From Paramoeba atlantica (lineage: Eukaryota; Protista; Discosea): a stretch of 64,000 bases of DNA. The position numbers and the translations under genes were made by a program. Shown piece by piece: positions 11,201 to 21,093 of the stretch. The notes below the pieces were generated by a model. That model was given only the letters and a program-made list of their open reading frames with translations. It was not told the origin of the DNA and searched no databases. Position 1 is the first letter of the stretch; each line of letters begins with the position of its first letter. The stretch covers positions 62,001 to 126,000 of the forward strand of contig CDRNVI010000089.1 in the NCBI GenBank assembly GCA_977017575.1, given 5' to 3'.

Positions 11201-12952
11201 GTGTTTCGTTTCTGAATGATCCATTCTTTTATGAGAATCGCCTTCACGTTTTTCACGAGCCTCCTGAAAAATTTCTTTGTTAGTCATCTGAGAATGCCGG
11301 TACTGTAGCTCGCTGATTATGATTCGGTGAAGTACATTTGAAGAATCCTGAGATATTTTTGAAAATTGACTTAACCAGTATTTCCACAACCGAGAAACAG
11401 ACGAGGAATCGTCGCTGGGAGGCGTTTTGTAGCTACTGTGTAGCGAAAAAAAGTGAGGAATAGGAAGATTCGGAAAAATTTCAGCGAGTGATAAGTGATG
11501 CACCTTGCACGAAAGTTTCTTGAATGAAGACATCATAAGGACCATTGATTCGTGAAGAGTATGGAATATCAGACAACGACGAGAAACTTCGGAAGAGCGA
11601 TTCCTAAGCCATATTTCCACCGATGATACAACTTGCTCTCGAGTATTGCCATAAAAACTTCGTTCCTCTTGCGTTGAAGGCACAAAAATGTCACAACCAA
11701 TATGCGACGCTGGAACAGTGAACGAGCGCGAGGTTTCAGCCTTGCCAGGAGAGAGCTTGTCAGGAATTGATGGTGCGCTAGTACATTTATAGATATGGGC
11801 TAAAATAATACACCAAGGGGAACTCATGGAAGCGACAAAAACTTCGGAGAACTTTGACATACGCCCATGCCGAGCTTTACTGGATGTACCCAAAAATTCA
11901 CATGTTTGACCAAAGTGCAAGTGTTTGAGATAGATCTGCAGAAACGCTTGTGCGTCCAAGGCATCTGATACAGAGTCCCCTAATGGAGACTTTGTAAAGT
12001 TGCTTTTTAAACCACTCTCAACGGATGGAAGCACATCCAGTATATGCTCTTCAAAATTTTCCAGCGAAACAAGACCGGTTTTATTCAGTTTTCCAGTGTC
12101 TGAGTCGGACTCATTTTTATAAGTTTCGCTCTCTTTGCTCGGAGTCAATAGTTCAGAAGGCCTGGGCAAAGAAAAGCATCGATATAATTCCGAAACAGTT
12201 AAAGGTGTATATGGATACGAAAGTCGACGATGATTGCGACTAATATGTCCAACGAAGTATGGCAAAGAGCACGTGAATTCAATTTCTCCAATTGCTGCGC
12301 TTGTAGAGTGCCATCGATGCAACACGCGACTGACAATGCCTCCAGATGTAGCTTGGAAGCACACGTAGGTATGATTTGGAGCAGAAGAACGCAAAAATTG
12401 AAGAATATCTTTACTAATTTGATCAATGAAATAATCATCTGAACTGTGAGTTGAAGATGTATTCACGAACGATGCAAATTTACCATTGGGAAGGGCAGCG
12501 GCAAGAGTAGTACTCGAACCAGCTAGTACGAAAAGAATTGGAGGGCGTCGCGTATTACAGTGATGTGCCGCAATGGAAACAACCTTGTTGGGCATGTAAG
12601 AAGAGTCGTTACGACGTTTCTTGCGTACTTGTACAACCACATGAGTCATGTTTGATCGATTCGGACGAACCATATCGTCCATTTGGTGTACATCCTGGTG
12701 ACTACCATCAGAGGACAAATTGTCACAATTTGAGCGATACGGAGTATTCGGAGATTTCAAAAACTTGGAATTGGGTGACTTGGAATTGGAAGAAATTGAA
12801 ATTTCTTTCTCGTCTCGTATCTTATTGGAATTACCTGATTGCTTAGCAAATCCGGAAAGAAAGTCTTCAATAGATTTTCCAGATAAAGAGCAATACGAAA
12901 ATTGGAAGACTCCAGTAATAGCTTGATATGGAGAGAAACGTCGACACCACAT
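8222..12952 (-). CDS. Mitochondrial family A DNA polymerase, kinetoplastid POLIB/IC/ID type
   Basis: TRTGRL, DIDYSMVE (motif A), REKAKLFAFQRIYG (motif B), NYPVQG and VHD (motif C). Kinetoplastid-specific context SRFG..G and NNVDFH; exonuclease-like GGILWSSIYAEHLL; presequence-like N-terminus. Confidence 0.9.
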   Translation of the reverse strand: MWCRRFSPYQAITGVFQFSYCSLSGKSIEDFLSGFAKQSGNSNKIRDEKEISISSNSKSPNSKFLKSPNTPYRSNCDNLSSDGSHQDVHQMDDMVRPNRSNMTHVVVQVRKKRRNDSSYMPNKVVSIAAHHCNTRRPPILFVLAGSSTTLAAALPNGKFASFVNTSSTHSSDDYFIDQISKDILQFLRSSAPNHTYVCFQATSGGIVSRVLHRWHSTSAAIGEIEFTCSLPYFVGHISRNHRRLSYPYTPLTVSELYRCFSLPRPSELLTPSKESETYKNESDSDTGKLNKTGLVSLENFEEHILDVLPSVESGLKSNFTKSPLGDSVSDALDAQAFLQIYLKHLHFGQTCEFLGTSSKARHGRMSKFSEVFVASMSSPWCIILAHIYKCTSAPSIPDKLSPGKAETSRSFTVPASHIGCDIFVPSTQEERSFYGNTREQVVSSVEIWLRNRSSEVSRRCLIFHTLHESMVLMMSSFKKLSCKVHHLSLAEIFPNLPIPHFFSLHSSYKTPPSDDSSSVSRLWKYWLSQFSKISQDSSNVLHRIIISELQYRHSQMTNKEIFQEAREKREGDSHKRMDHSETKHLPKVHQTIVIGSPKSKFQADHREEMLEKRNETDDWYAFQTDVSRLEREENSAARHRKCIFLHLEKAKRVGTQVQFVLWVASPVDISEGTTFTNLILEQSQVDPQVLLTIKGVMPSLENVCVIVAVDMKPLINFLMSLSCVQEFLANGGILWSSIYAEHLLNARVDLPPDVLTFSPEKEGSRSGENDSIDNVNTATYNKTILPTLQHIQTTYSKQIHRAVLSRQLLTISSSMSSVFLTHEIGKQGIYVSISKLESARVLAKQLLEQYKNNLNLALPPHVRSIFKWEDTHHIWAFFHGGKLNKPITSLNSTSTLILPEDPTAAVELACVSQNERASEILDSEKYLIPYCLKYQLLTNIAVSSEELVQTIRSSLIEKYIPNKDENSRAKDSGFPLSQQLLSVYHLPYRIILAAVKTTGYDLREDHVLHAVFFDPLLGKEISPPFYAAKGKALSYLILACHMSTYAEHFLQTFIQTKLSSNLRNQKTERPLAPLYFVNATSLVTDSISLSGLQTPKSTSNSTPAPCRTRLSKKSCGREYTKSLIAECKDLWTSLCQNCNGDVLSAIGKAVGTRNDPFLRRAPDQSQDDIILPGILPDKIKESVSMSSTEFSVDLLDAWSTEGIPEAFWLAEVFRLQRSLQLYFARERGILAHVNPDTSLIHANFAYDQTRTGRLVCSSPNMLGIPKGNIRTAFTSRFGSSGVILDIDYSMVELVTLALLCQDKNMLQDVSNNVDFHSRNVTVLRKDLSYEQVLLSCRRKNKEVLRLREKAKLFAFQRIYGASVQTLSKGSGLSIQEVRKLIWSENETYPSIKAYFRSFAKYVRRFRPLLQHSQGGYQSEFVYDGVGIIPSGNRFCFHEVGVNFPGFSSTHLRNYPVQGLAAEIIIYTTSQLLRRLLKRNYYERRAFLVNLVHDSIVMDVHEEVLEEVLSEAYGVLTNVKGGWGSFFPEFPWNKSLFRVEVKAGRDAAHMVTLQGPPFPSSQEIIKSISEAPEICEE

Positions 12953-13583
12953 GTTAGATAACTAAATTCTATTGTAGACACTAACCGTGTTATAAAAATA
13001 ACCGTTTTTATGGAAATCACTATTTGTTGGCTTCAAAAAAAATTCGAGAATACAGGAAGAGAAATTAAAACAAGTATAAACCAGTAAGTGGCAAATTGCC
13101 TAAAACACATAAAAGTATAAAAGTCAAAAATAAGAAACAACGTTTCTCTAAGAATCAAATACAGATACACATGTTAATGAGTAAATGTTGTTCCGTTTGA
13201 AGCAAGGACTGTACAGACTCAAATCGAATTTTTTAAGCAATAGGAAAAAAGACTCTAAAAGACACTTTAAACCAAAAATTGCACTACTGCCATAAAAAAG
13301 TTGACGTGTTAAAAAATAAAAAAAGTTTTGCGGCAAGAAATGTAAAAAACTATTCGAAAAATAGCATACTCTTACATTGGTTTTATACTCTATATTGCTC
13401 TATCAAGAAAGTCATAAAATATACTCGAAGAAAAGAATATAAAAAACTATCTCAAAAACTACTCTATAATTTATGAGAAGGAAGACTAAAAATTAATGTA
13501 AAGAAAAAGAAGTAACGAAAAAGAAGTAAAGAATTGTGGTGCCTACTCAATGTAGATGTACATAATGGATATAAACTCACCAC

Positions 13584-14528
13584 TTAAAGGACAATGCAAG
13601 ACCTTTTCTTGGAGATATCCAATCCTATAACCTCTGTAATCTTATTGCCTTGTAGTTCAAGTGTCACAAGAGCATTTGGAAGATCATGAGCGTGAACAAC
13701 GCCACTAAAATGGTTCCTCTTTAATTCAAGCCAAATCAAAGACTTAGGTAGATAATCAGCGCAGAGCGATCCCTCCAAAAAGTTAGAACCAAGCATGAGC
13801 CATTCCAAATGTTCAGGAAGACTATTTAAAGCGATACTGCCGCTAAAGTTGTTTTGTGAAAGCCTTAATTCAACGATTGGAGGCGGGAGTTCCGTTAGGT
13901 CAAGATCCCCGGAAAGAGCATTTTGTTGACCCCGAACGTAACACATGCTGCGCGGTAGCTGAGACAAAGAAAAATCTCCAGAAAAATCGTTAATGTTGAA
14001 GTGTAACGTCTTTAATTGAGAAGGAAGAGAGAAGGAAAAAATACTTCCTTTTAACTGGTTCACCCCGACGCGGAATGCAACTAGAGTTGAAGGAATGTAC
14101 TTCCACGTGAGAGTGCCAGACAGAGAATAGCGAAACCAGTTAATGGATGTAATATGTGATTCGTCGTTACATTGTACTCCTGGCCAATGGCATGGTGGAT
14201 AAGTCGTATGCCATTTGTCGTCCGTATGTCGAGAGATATTCGAAATAAAAAGAGAGAAAAGTAGTTCAGAAGAAAATTGAGCGCTTCGTATTTTCTTACC
14301 ATAATGGCGGATGACTGAGGTACGATTCAGGTGCGGGGACGAATGCGATCTCTTGATAGTTTTATGAGATGTTTTATTCTGTATCACGGACGTGGTGCCG
14401 TTAGGCGAAGACTGAAACGGAAATGAAGTTGTTGAGGAGTTGGTAGAGTTCATGTTCGAAGTGCAGAGTAGGGTGCAGTAAAAAACACTTTTACAATGCG
14501 ATAATGCACAAGATAAAGCTAAAAACAT
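13584..14528 (-). CDS. Leucine-rich repeat protein, paralog of 6252..6995
   Basis: N-cap CHWPGVQC and repeats LPSQLKTLHFNINDFSG, LPPPIVELRLSQNNFSG, LPEHLEWLMLGSNFLEG. Confidence 0.85.
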   Translation of the reverse strand: MFLALSCALSHCKSVFYCTLLCTSNMNSTNSSTTSFPFQSSPNGTTSVIQNKTSHKTIKRSHSSPHLNRTSVIRHYGKKIRSAQFSSELLFSLFISNISRHTDDKWHTTYPPCHWPGVQCNDESHITSINWFRYSLSGTLTWKYIPSTLVAFRVGVNQLKGSIFSFSLPSQLKTLHFNINDFSGDFSLSQLPRSMCYVRGQQNALSGDLDLTELPPPIVELRLSQNNFSGSIALNSLPEHLEWLMLGSNFLEGSLCADYLPKSLIWLELKRNHFSGVVHAHDLPNALVTLELQGNKITEVIGLDISKKRSCIVL

Positions 14529-14757
14529 GGGGCGAAGAAGTCTTAATAAATAATTGTTTCAAAATTGCGATGCTTCACTCGCATCTTCCCATAATGTCGG
14601 GAAGAAAAATATTGGACAATTATTTTTCAGTTTTAGAAATGGCGTTCTGAATGTGAGCTCAAAAAGAGTTCAGGAGGAACGCTTCTGCTCTCACGGAGGA
14701 CATTCCTTAATTAATCCGTCGCGTAAGAAACAGTAATGCATTTCAAGTCGAACAATC

Positions 14758-15642
14758 TTAAATTTCTAAAGTGGGAAGAAAAGAAAATCTTGATGGTGGC
14801 CACACTATTGCAACTGCACGCCCTATGAGTGCATCAAAAGGAATAGCGCCATACGTACGAGAATCTTCCGATGTGTTTCGGTTATCTCCTTGCACCCATA
14901 TATGTTGTGAAGGAATGTGATAACATTCTGCTGAATTAGGGAGAGCATCTTCATACTCTGAAAGTAGCGTACCAGATAAATGATTATTTACGTTATCGAA
15001 TCGATGTTCCGAATCAGAAAAAGTGGAAGTTGATGAGACTAAAGAAATATGATTTTTCTTCTGTACGTTTGGGATATCGTAGGAGGCGAACTCAGGTAGA
15101 TGAATGATATCACCACTTAACCATCGAAGTCGTTTGATAATTCTGTACCGACGAGATGGGTGCCAGAGGACATAAATCGCACCTCTTGTCAGAGCAGTTG
15201 AGCAAGGATCGCATGCTTCAGAGCTATGAAGCAAAGCACCACTTCTTTTTACTCCTCCAAATTCCTCTTCTTCCTCAGAAGTATTTAGGTGATCGGAATC
15301 ACTGTTTAAAAAATTATTTTCACCATTTTCTCCGCTTGAAAAATTATGTTTTATTGCAGAAATAACCCCTTTTTGAAGTGCTAAAGCTTTATTTGAAAGA
15401 GCTAAAAAATGCCGAATAGAATTAATGTTCCACAGCAGAACAATATCACCTGTGCTCTCACGAAGGGTAGGATGCATGGAACCACCTGCTACACGACAAA
15501 ACGAGACTGTAGACAAAACTGATTTCCCCAGGAAAAAGCCGAAAGCCATGTAACGCATGTCATACAGAACAGAGAGCGGAAAGAGATCGCGAAAAGACTT
15601 CATTTCTGCACAAAATTGCGTTAACCTAGCGTTCTGCAACAT
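14758..15642 (-). CDS. Mitochondrial inner membrane peptidase (IMP1/IMP2, peptidase S26)
   Basis: GGSMHPT (catalytic Ser), IIKRL (catalytic Lys) and HIWVQGDNRNTSEDSRTYG. Confidence 0.88.
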   Translation of the reverse strand: MLQNARLTQFCAEMKSFRDLFPLSVLYDMRYMAFGFFLGKSVLSTVSFCRVAGGSMHPTLRESTGDIVLLWNINSIRHFLALSNKALALQKGVISAIKHNFSSGENGENNFLNSDSDHLNTSEEEEEFGGVKRSGALLHSSEACDPCSTALTRGAIYVLWHPSRRYRIIKRLRWLSGDIIHLPEFASYDIPNVQKKNHISLVSSTSTFSDSEHRFDNVNNHLSGTLLSEYEDALPNSAECYHIPSQHIWVQGDNRNTSEDSRTYGAIPFDALIGRAVAIVWPPSRFSFLPTLEI

Positions 15643-16075
15643 ACAACTTGCACGCTAGAAACTAAGGTCGCTACATTCATGAAAGATACCCAAGGCTAGA
15701 CAAGTCAACTTAAAAACAAAATAAAGATAAGCTGCGTGGCAAATTTGCTAATAGAAAGAACAGTGTTTATGAAAATAGATCAATAGAAATCGAAGAGAAG
15801 GTGATAATAAAAATTTGCGGGACGAGAAAAACCCCAAAGTGACTAATAGGGAAACAGGTAACAAGCGATAAAACCGAACCTCCTATCGCAAGGATGGTGG
15901 ATGAGAACAAAATGACAAAGCTCAAAATGCACTTGATGTGGCTTGGAAAAACTTGAAAGACAAATTTAAAAAAGTATGGAAAGATGGAGCTTTATTTCAA
16001 ACGCCCATATAATTCACGCCTGTAAAAGGTGAAAAAAATGAACATGAATAAACTAGTTGCGGTTGATACAAAGCG

Positions 16076-16960
16076 TTATCGCTTTTGTCGCTTTGCCTCC
16101 GCTGAACTTTCAAGCTTTACCGCCAAATACGAATCAATTTTCTGGAGTCGCACAGGGTCGGTAAGTTCCTCCAAGTTCAAAACGATATCCCCGTCCTCAT
16201 CCGGAGCCATAGCCTGTGGCGCCTCACGATTAATCACGTCCAAAAGCTCTTCCATACCTTCCGGCTCCCTCTCCTGCAGTTTCTCGATCCGTGCCTTCAC
16301 CCGTTCCCGCAACACGACGTACTCCGGCGCCAGATCCCTTGAGTGGCTGCGCGAAAGCAACGAACGGGAGGCAGCCCGTGGCAACATCGCCCCGGGATAT
16401 AAGCCCTTCCATATCGCATCTACCTCCTCACGAAACGGTTTTACGTTGGTTGTGACCAGTGGGTGACTGGAGCCATTAAAAAGCTCACAATTCGAGGCAA
16501 TTAAACACAAATCCGTATAGACCTGATCCTCCGAGGTGTAGCGTCGATGGAGAATTCGCCCTAAAACCGTGCGTAGATCCATCGGGTGTTGAATCACATT
16601 GTCGTACCCCACCAGAGACTCCGGGGTGTACATCTCGTGAATGGGAAATAAAAAAGGAGCACTCATGGGGTAGGTGGAGAGTTTCCATAGCGCCTCGTAA
16701 AGACGCGCCCAGCGCCCCGGGAGCACCGAGAGCTGTGCCTCGGTCGGATAAGGAATTTTCCCCTCCCCCGATTTTCGCCGCGTGGAGCGTTTGCTTGTGG
16801 TGAGCAAACTACCCTCCTCACGAGGCGCACTCACAGAAGAGGAAATCGGCTGAGTGGGTGGCTTTCCCGTGGTCAGTTCGTCACGAACGGACTGCAGAGT
16901 GTTGCGTGCGAACTGCTGTAACGTTCGCACTTTGGAAAGCAAAGGGGTGTACTCAGCCAT
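16076..16960 (-). CDS. Bromodomain factor (bromodomain plus ET-like C-terminus)
   Basis: SAPFLFPI...YDNVIQHPMDLRTV...DLCLIASNCELFN; C-terminal DGDIVLNLEEL resembles an ET domain. The start is placed at MAEYTP (ATG 16960) because the longer ORF's extension reads as a pyrimidine tract. Confidence 0.85.
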   Translation of the reverse strand: MAEYTPLLSKVRTLQQFARNTLQSVRDELTTGKPPTQPISSSVSAPREEGSLLTTSKRSTRRKSGEGKIPYPTEAQLSVLPGRWARLYEALWKLSTYPMSAPFLFPIHEMYTPESLVGYDNVIQHPMDLRTVLGRILHRRYTSEDQVYTDLCLIASNCELFNGSSHPLVTTNVKPFREEVDAIWKGLYPGAMLPRAASRSLLSRSHSRDLAPEYVVLRERVKARIEKLQEREPEGMEELLDVINREAPQAMAPDEDGDIVLNLEELTDPVRLQKIDSYLAVKLESSAEAKRQKR

Positions 16961-17196
16961 TCTGCAAGTAAGAGGAGGGTTCTGTTTGTTATTAAAACAA
17001 AAAAAGGCAGAGAATTGTTTTGTTTTGCGTTCAGTGGTCACTTTAGTATGAAAGGCTATTCTGAAAAACAATAATTTTGTTTTGTTGTGAAGGCAGCTGA
17101 AATGAAAAGTCAATTCAGAAACTATTAAACAGAGACCGTAGTGGCCTTTTTAAGTGGTCCATTCAAAACAATTAGAAATTGAATGTATAAAACAGT

Positions 17197-17976
17197 TTAC
17201 GAAGAGCCGCGTGTAACGGGACGGAATTTTTTTGTTCCTGGTTTAGGGATATCTCGGGTCTCTGAATAGTACTTTGGATGAGAAACAGATTCTTGACTCG
17301 TATGGATACGTTTTGCAGTTCTATTGGATGACTGTTGACCCACGGTGCGAATACGACACCCTGCTCCACTCGGGGTCGATAGATGCGGACGACTTCTTTC
17401 GTCCATTTGCTCGTTCGCTTTTTCTAGGAGGGACTGCGAGCCGCGTGAGTGAAGTTGTATATACTTCGTCCAACTCTTTTCATCAAATCCATAATTAAAG
17501 TACTGTGGTAGGGTTTCCGGATTTTGAATCCAGGGACGATCGTGCATGATTTTCATGTCGTATCCCAGCATGGAGGGAGTTAATGTCAGTCCTACACGGT
17601 GGGTTGGTAATTCAGGAATCATACCTTTAGGATCCCATTTCGTATCAGAAATCTCGGAATCAAGATTTACATCCGTATCCAACGAAGCGTGTGCAGCACC
17701 TTCCGATTCAGGAAGGATAAATTGAACTTCACCTTCCTCTATATCCTGTTCCATATGAAAATTCGTGTCATCAGCTTCAGCCGTCGAAGTAGGTGCGATA
17801 AGGTTCTCTTTACGATCTTCAGTAGGCGTTGGGCTTTTGTTAGTCAAGAAAGAGTTACCTATAGCTGAATTCACAACTTGAGTCTCCTCTACGAGAAAAG
17901 TAACCTCAGTATCATTGTCTGTTTCAGAATCCACAGATCTAGCGTCGTCTTGAGGTATTGAAGAACTAGGAATCAT
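17197..17976 (-). CDS. FIP1: Pre-mRNA polyadenylation factor FIP1
   Basis: Fip1 motif RPWIQNPETLPQYFNYGFDEKSWTKY, with an acidic N-terminus. Confidence 0.85.
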   Translation of the reverse strand: MIPSSSIPQDDARSVDSETDNDTEVTFLVEETQVVNSAIGNSFLTNKSPTPTEDRKENLIAPTSTAEADDTNFHMEQDIEEGEVQFILPESEGAAHASLDTDVNLDSEISDTKWDPKGMIPELPTHRVGLTLTPSMLGYDMKIMHDRPWIQNPETLPQYFNYGFDEKSWTKYIQLHSRGSQSLLEKANEQMDERSRPHLSTPSGAGCRIRTVGQQSSNRTAKRIHTSQESVSHPKYYSETRDIPKPGTKKFRPVTRGSS

Positions 17977-18364
17977 AGTTTTAGATTACTGAATGCAACC
18001 CTACATGTACTTGAGAATTGAAATAAGAACTTTTATCAAAAAAACTTCGTTTAGTAAAAAGCCATGTAAGCACTATCGAAGGCGTAAAACACAGTAGACA
18101 GTTGACAGTAGTACATGTGGCAAAATAAACACAGGTGATAATATAGTGGCATACAATTTTCAGTATCAATTTGAGTGCAAGGCGTAAATCAAAATGAAAA
18201 ATGATTATTGTGACGACATACATGATGTGTTCAAAAAAGCAAAAAAAAGCAATGTTGGCAAGTGATATCAAAGCAAGTTGAAGAAATATACATGTATGCT
18301 CACATTAAAAGTTTTGCTATGAAGCAAACAACTTTAGGAAGTTTAGGAAACTTTAGGAACAACT

Positions 18365-19894
18365 TTAGGAACAAAAAAACCAAGGGTGAGAACAAGCAGC
18401 AGCTACAGAAATGCGATTCTGAGGTTCCGGTTGAAGGAGGTGCAAAAATAAATCACGCCCACCTGAGTCCAAATTAGGAGCTACTTTACTCCACCACTCC
18501 TCATCAATAATTGGTGCTGGCCACTTTGGAAAATGTGAACAAAATCCAGAAAGCTGACAAAGATTTAAGAATTCTGAGTCAATAGGCTGATTAGGCAAGT
18601 GATTGCGAACGTTCCTTTTTGACGTTCCTTTTTGGTTAAAGTTGAATTCATTTTCAGCGTCTGAAGAAATTTGACTCTTTTTCACATCTAAAGAACCACT
18701 TTTACGTGTAGCACGACACGTAAGTCCTGTACCTCCACACTGTGGAGTGCCAAAAAGGTGAAAAATACGAAATAACATTTCAATCTCCGTGTGGGCTGCA
18801 AAAATGGGTCGAGATTTCGGATGGGTTAAGTCATACAGCACACAGCCAAGTGACCACATATCGACTCCTCCCTCATAGACGGTGGAACCCAAGATGACCT
18901 CTGGACAACGATACCATAAAGTAACGACAGTATTTGTAAAGGGCTCGCGAAGCCGATCTTCCCATCGAGACCCCGTCTCCAGACGGCTCAGGTTAAAATC
19001 TGTCAGCTTCGATACCGTAAGATCTGCGTTGAGTAAAATATTATGCGGCTTAATATCGCGATGATAAATCCCATGGAGGTGAAGATGCCGAGTAGCAAAT
19101 AAAAGTTGGTGAAATAGGGATTTGCAAACACTTAACGAAAAATGATTCGGGTGGGTATTTAGCGCACGGCGCAGGTCAAAAGGTAAATATTCAAACACCA
19201 TACAGATGGGACTGGACAACGACGGACGTGATCGAGACTCAGCTCGCACAGATTGACTACGTCGTCTGGAGTTCGTCTCTTCCTTGTGTTGAGGTTTTGC
19301 AGGTGTTAGCACTCGTGTCCATGGGGATTCGACGTCTGAGGATATTATTTCGAACAGCGTTACAATATTAGGATGAGGCGGTAGTGAGCGAAGTATGGCA
19401 CACTCACGAAGGGTTGTGCTTGGAATAAGACAGGGAGAAAAGGAAGGAGTCTTCGGTCGGATGCTAGGTAAGGGACGATCAAATTTTCCTCTCTTCGACA
19501 CATGGAGACGATCGTAGACAAGGTCAACGAATGTAGAGTCGTAATCGTCCGGAGAAGCCGCACTTTCACAGTCATCAGAGAGATAAGAGCTTGAAAGTGA
19601 AGTTTGATCAGAGTAAGAGTACGCGAGGCCTTCGTCGTATTGTAACACATCTTTAGTGAGCGTCTCAAAAGAATCCGGGACTTCTTTACTTGAGCCCGAA
19701 GGTACGGAACTGGCTCTGCGATGGCGCAATACTCTACGCTTTTGACAGTGTAGCTGATCTTCAACAGAAGAGAGTTGAGGTCGAATGACTTTAACAGCCA
19801 CAACGCGGCTGTCATTGGAGCGGTCGCGGCACTTATACACGATACTATAAGTTCCTTCACCCAAGCGAGACAGTTTTTCAAAACGAGCCGGCAT
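18365..19894 (-). CDS. Cdc2-related kinase (CRK/CDK family) with large inserts
   Basis: GEGTYSIVYK, VAVK, PSTAIRE-like IPSTTLRE, HRDIKPHN, DFN in place of DFG, VVTLWYRCPE and DMWSLGC. Confidence 0.9.
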   Translation of the reverse strand: MPARFEKLSRLGEGTYSIVYKCRDRSNDSRVVAVKVIRPQLSSVEDQLHCQKRRVLRHRRASSVPSGSSKEVPDSFETLTKDVLQYDEGLAYSYSDQTSLSSSYLSDDCESAASPDDYDSTFVDLVYDRLHVSKRGKFDRPLPSIRPKTPSFSPCLIPSTTLRECAILRSLPPHPNIVTLFEIISSDVESPWTRVLTPAKPQHKEETNSRRRSQSVRAESRSRPSLSSPICMVFEYLPFDLRRALNTHPNHFSLSVCKSLFHQLLFATRHLHLHGIYHRDIKPHNILLNADLTVSKLTDFNLSRLETGSRWEDRLREPFTNTVVTLWYRCPEVILGSTVYEGGVDMWSLGCVLYDLTHPKSRPIFAAHTEIEMLFRIFHLFGTPQCGGTGLTCRATRKSGSLDVKKSQISSDAENEFNFNQKGTSKRNVRNHLPNQPIDSEFLNLCQLSGFCSHFPKWPAPIIDEEWWSKVAPNLDSGGRDLFLHLLQPEPQNRISVAAACSHPWFFCS

Positions 19895-20151
19895 AAAAAT
19901 TAATTAAGGAACAAAAGTGAAATTCGTTTCAACATGTACAAGAAGTCGGCTACATCGGGCACCTTTTATGACTCGATGCACGCATGTACATGGTCGTCCT
20001 TTATGACGGTCCGCATATTCACGTCCGCTTACCGTTGAATAACTACAGTTGAATAAACATGCGTTTAAAAAAACCTACCCACGAAACCACAAAGTACACA
20101 TCACCTCCACGAAACACACCACCACCTCCGTATCCCCCACCGCCCCCTTCC

Positions 20152-21093
20152 TTAAATCAACTTAAACTCAAACACATTCCTAAACCCAATCCTCTTCTTC
20201 CGATCCGACGCCCACAGAAACGGATTCCTCCTCAACCCCGCCGCCGACATCAACCCCGGCACCTTCGTCTCCTTCGTACTCCCCACCACCCTATGCTCCA
20301 CCCCGGTCAACGGACCCCGTGGCACCTTCCCCTCCTGCCGCCGCTCATAGTTCGTCCGCACCTCATACCCCCCCTCCATCATACGCTGGCTCGGTCGCAC
20401 ACTCGTCATCCCCCGAGCCCTCCGTGCCTCCTCCCTCCCCTCAAAGTACCCTTTAATGCGGTGCGTCTGCAGCCAGTGGAAGCAGAACTGCTCCATGGTC
20501 TGCCGCGTGCTCGCGTGGTCGGGTTCGTAGGCCGCGCAGTAGGCCCGGGGCTTGTCCCGCTGCAGGCGGTGCCAGAACGGGTTGCCGTGCTTCGGGAACA
20601 GCCCGAGGGTCTTGGCCTGGACCACCGCGGCGCAGAGCCGCTTGTGGGCCTCGGGGGAGATCTTGAGCGTGTCCCGGGGGTAGTGGGTCCCGGCGCGGGT
20701 GAGGTACCGCGCAAAGACTTTGGGGTTTTTGAAGTTTAGTTTGAGAAAGGCCTCGGCGTCGGGGGAGGAGAGGTGGTGGGTGTCGTGGTCGAGTAAGGGG
20801 TGGGGCTGGGCGTTACGGAATTGCTGCAGGGCAAGGTCCCCGGTGAGGTCGCCGAGGCGCCAACGGTTCAGGGAACAGAAGAGGTGCTCGTCGGGGAAAC
20901 GGTGGTAGTGGAGCTGGATGGCCTCCCCGGCGAGCCAGCCCTCGGGGCCGCGTTTGCGACCGCGGTACATGGGGGCCTCGAGGGGGGAGGCGGGGTAGGG
21001 GGGGGTGTCGTGTTTGGTGAGAAGGGAGAGGTAGTCGTTCCAGGGTTTGGGGCACGCGGTGAAGTGGGGGAGGGTGTGGAGGTAGCGTGACAT
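20152..21093 (-). CDS. MRPS18: Kinetoplastid-type mitoribosomal protein bS18m
   Basis: LNFKNPKVFARYLTRAG.HYPRD, AKTLGLFPKHGNPFW and C-terminal VPGLMS...KRIGF resemble the trypanosome mitochondrial S18 as I recall it. Confidence 0.8.
   Translation of the reverse strand: MSRYLHTLPHFTACPKPWNDYLSLLTKHDTPPYPASPLEAPMYRGRKRGPEGWLAGEAIQLHYHRFPDEHLFCSLNRWRLGDLTGDLALQQFRNAQPHPLLDHDTHHLSSPDAEAFLKLNFKNPKVFARYLTRAGTHYPRDTLKISPEAHKRLCAAVVQAKTLGLFPKHGNPFWHRLQRDKPRAYCAAYEPDHASTRQTMEQFCFHWLQTHRIKGYFEGREEARRARGMTSVRPSQRMMEGGYEVRTNYERRQEGKVPRGPLTGVEHRVVGSTKETKVPGLMSAAGLRRNPFLWASDRKKRIGFRNVFEFKLI

Noticed and set aside
13021-13583. Short ORFs in AT-rich intergenic DNA (also 48316..48846 and 53981..54337)
   Set aside because: These are low-complexity F/K/Y-rich translations of pyrimidine tracts and simple repeats.
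16961-17113. N-terminal extension of the bromodomain ORF
   Set aside because: It translates a T-rich, F/K-rich intergenic tract; the ATG at 16960 is the more plausible start.
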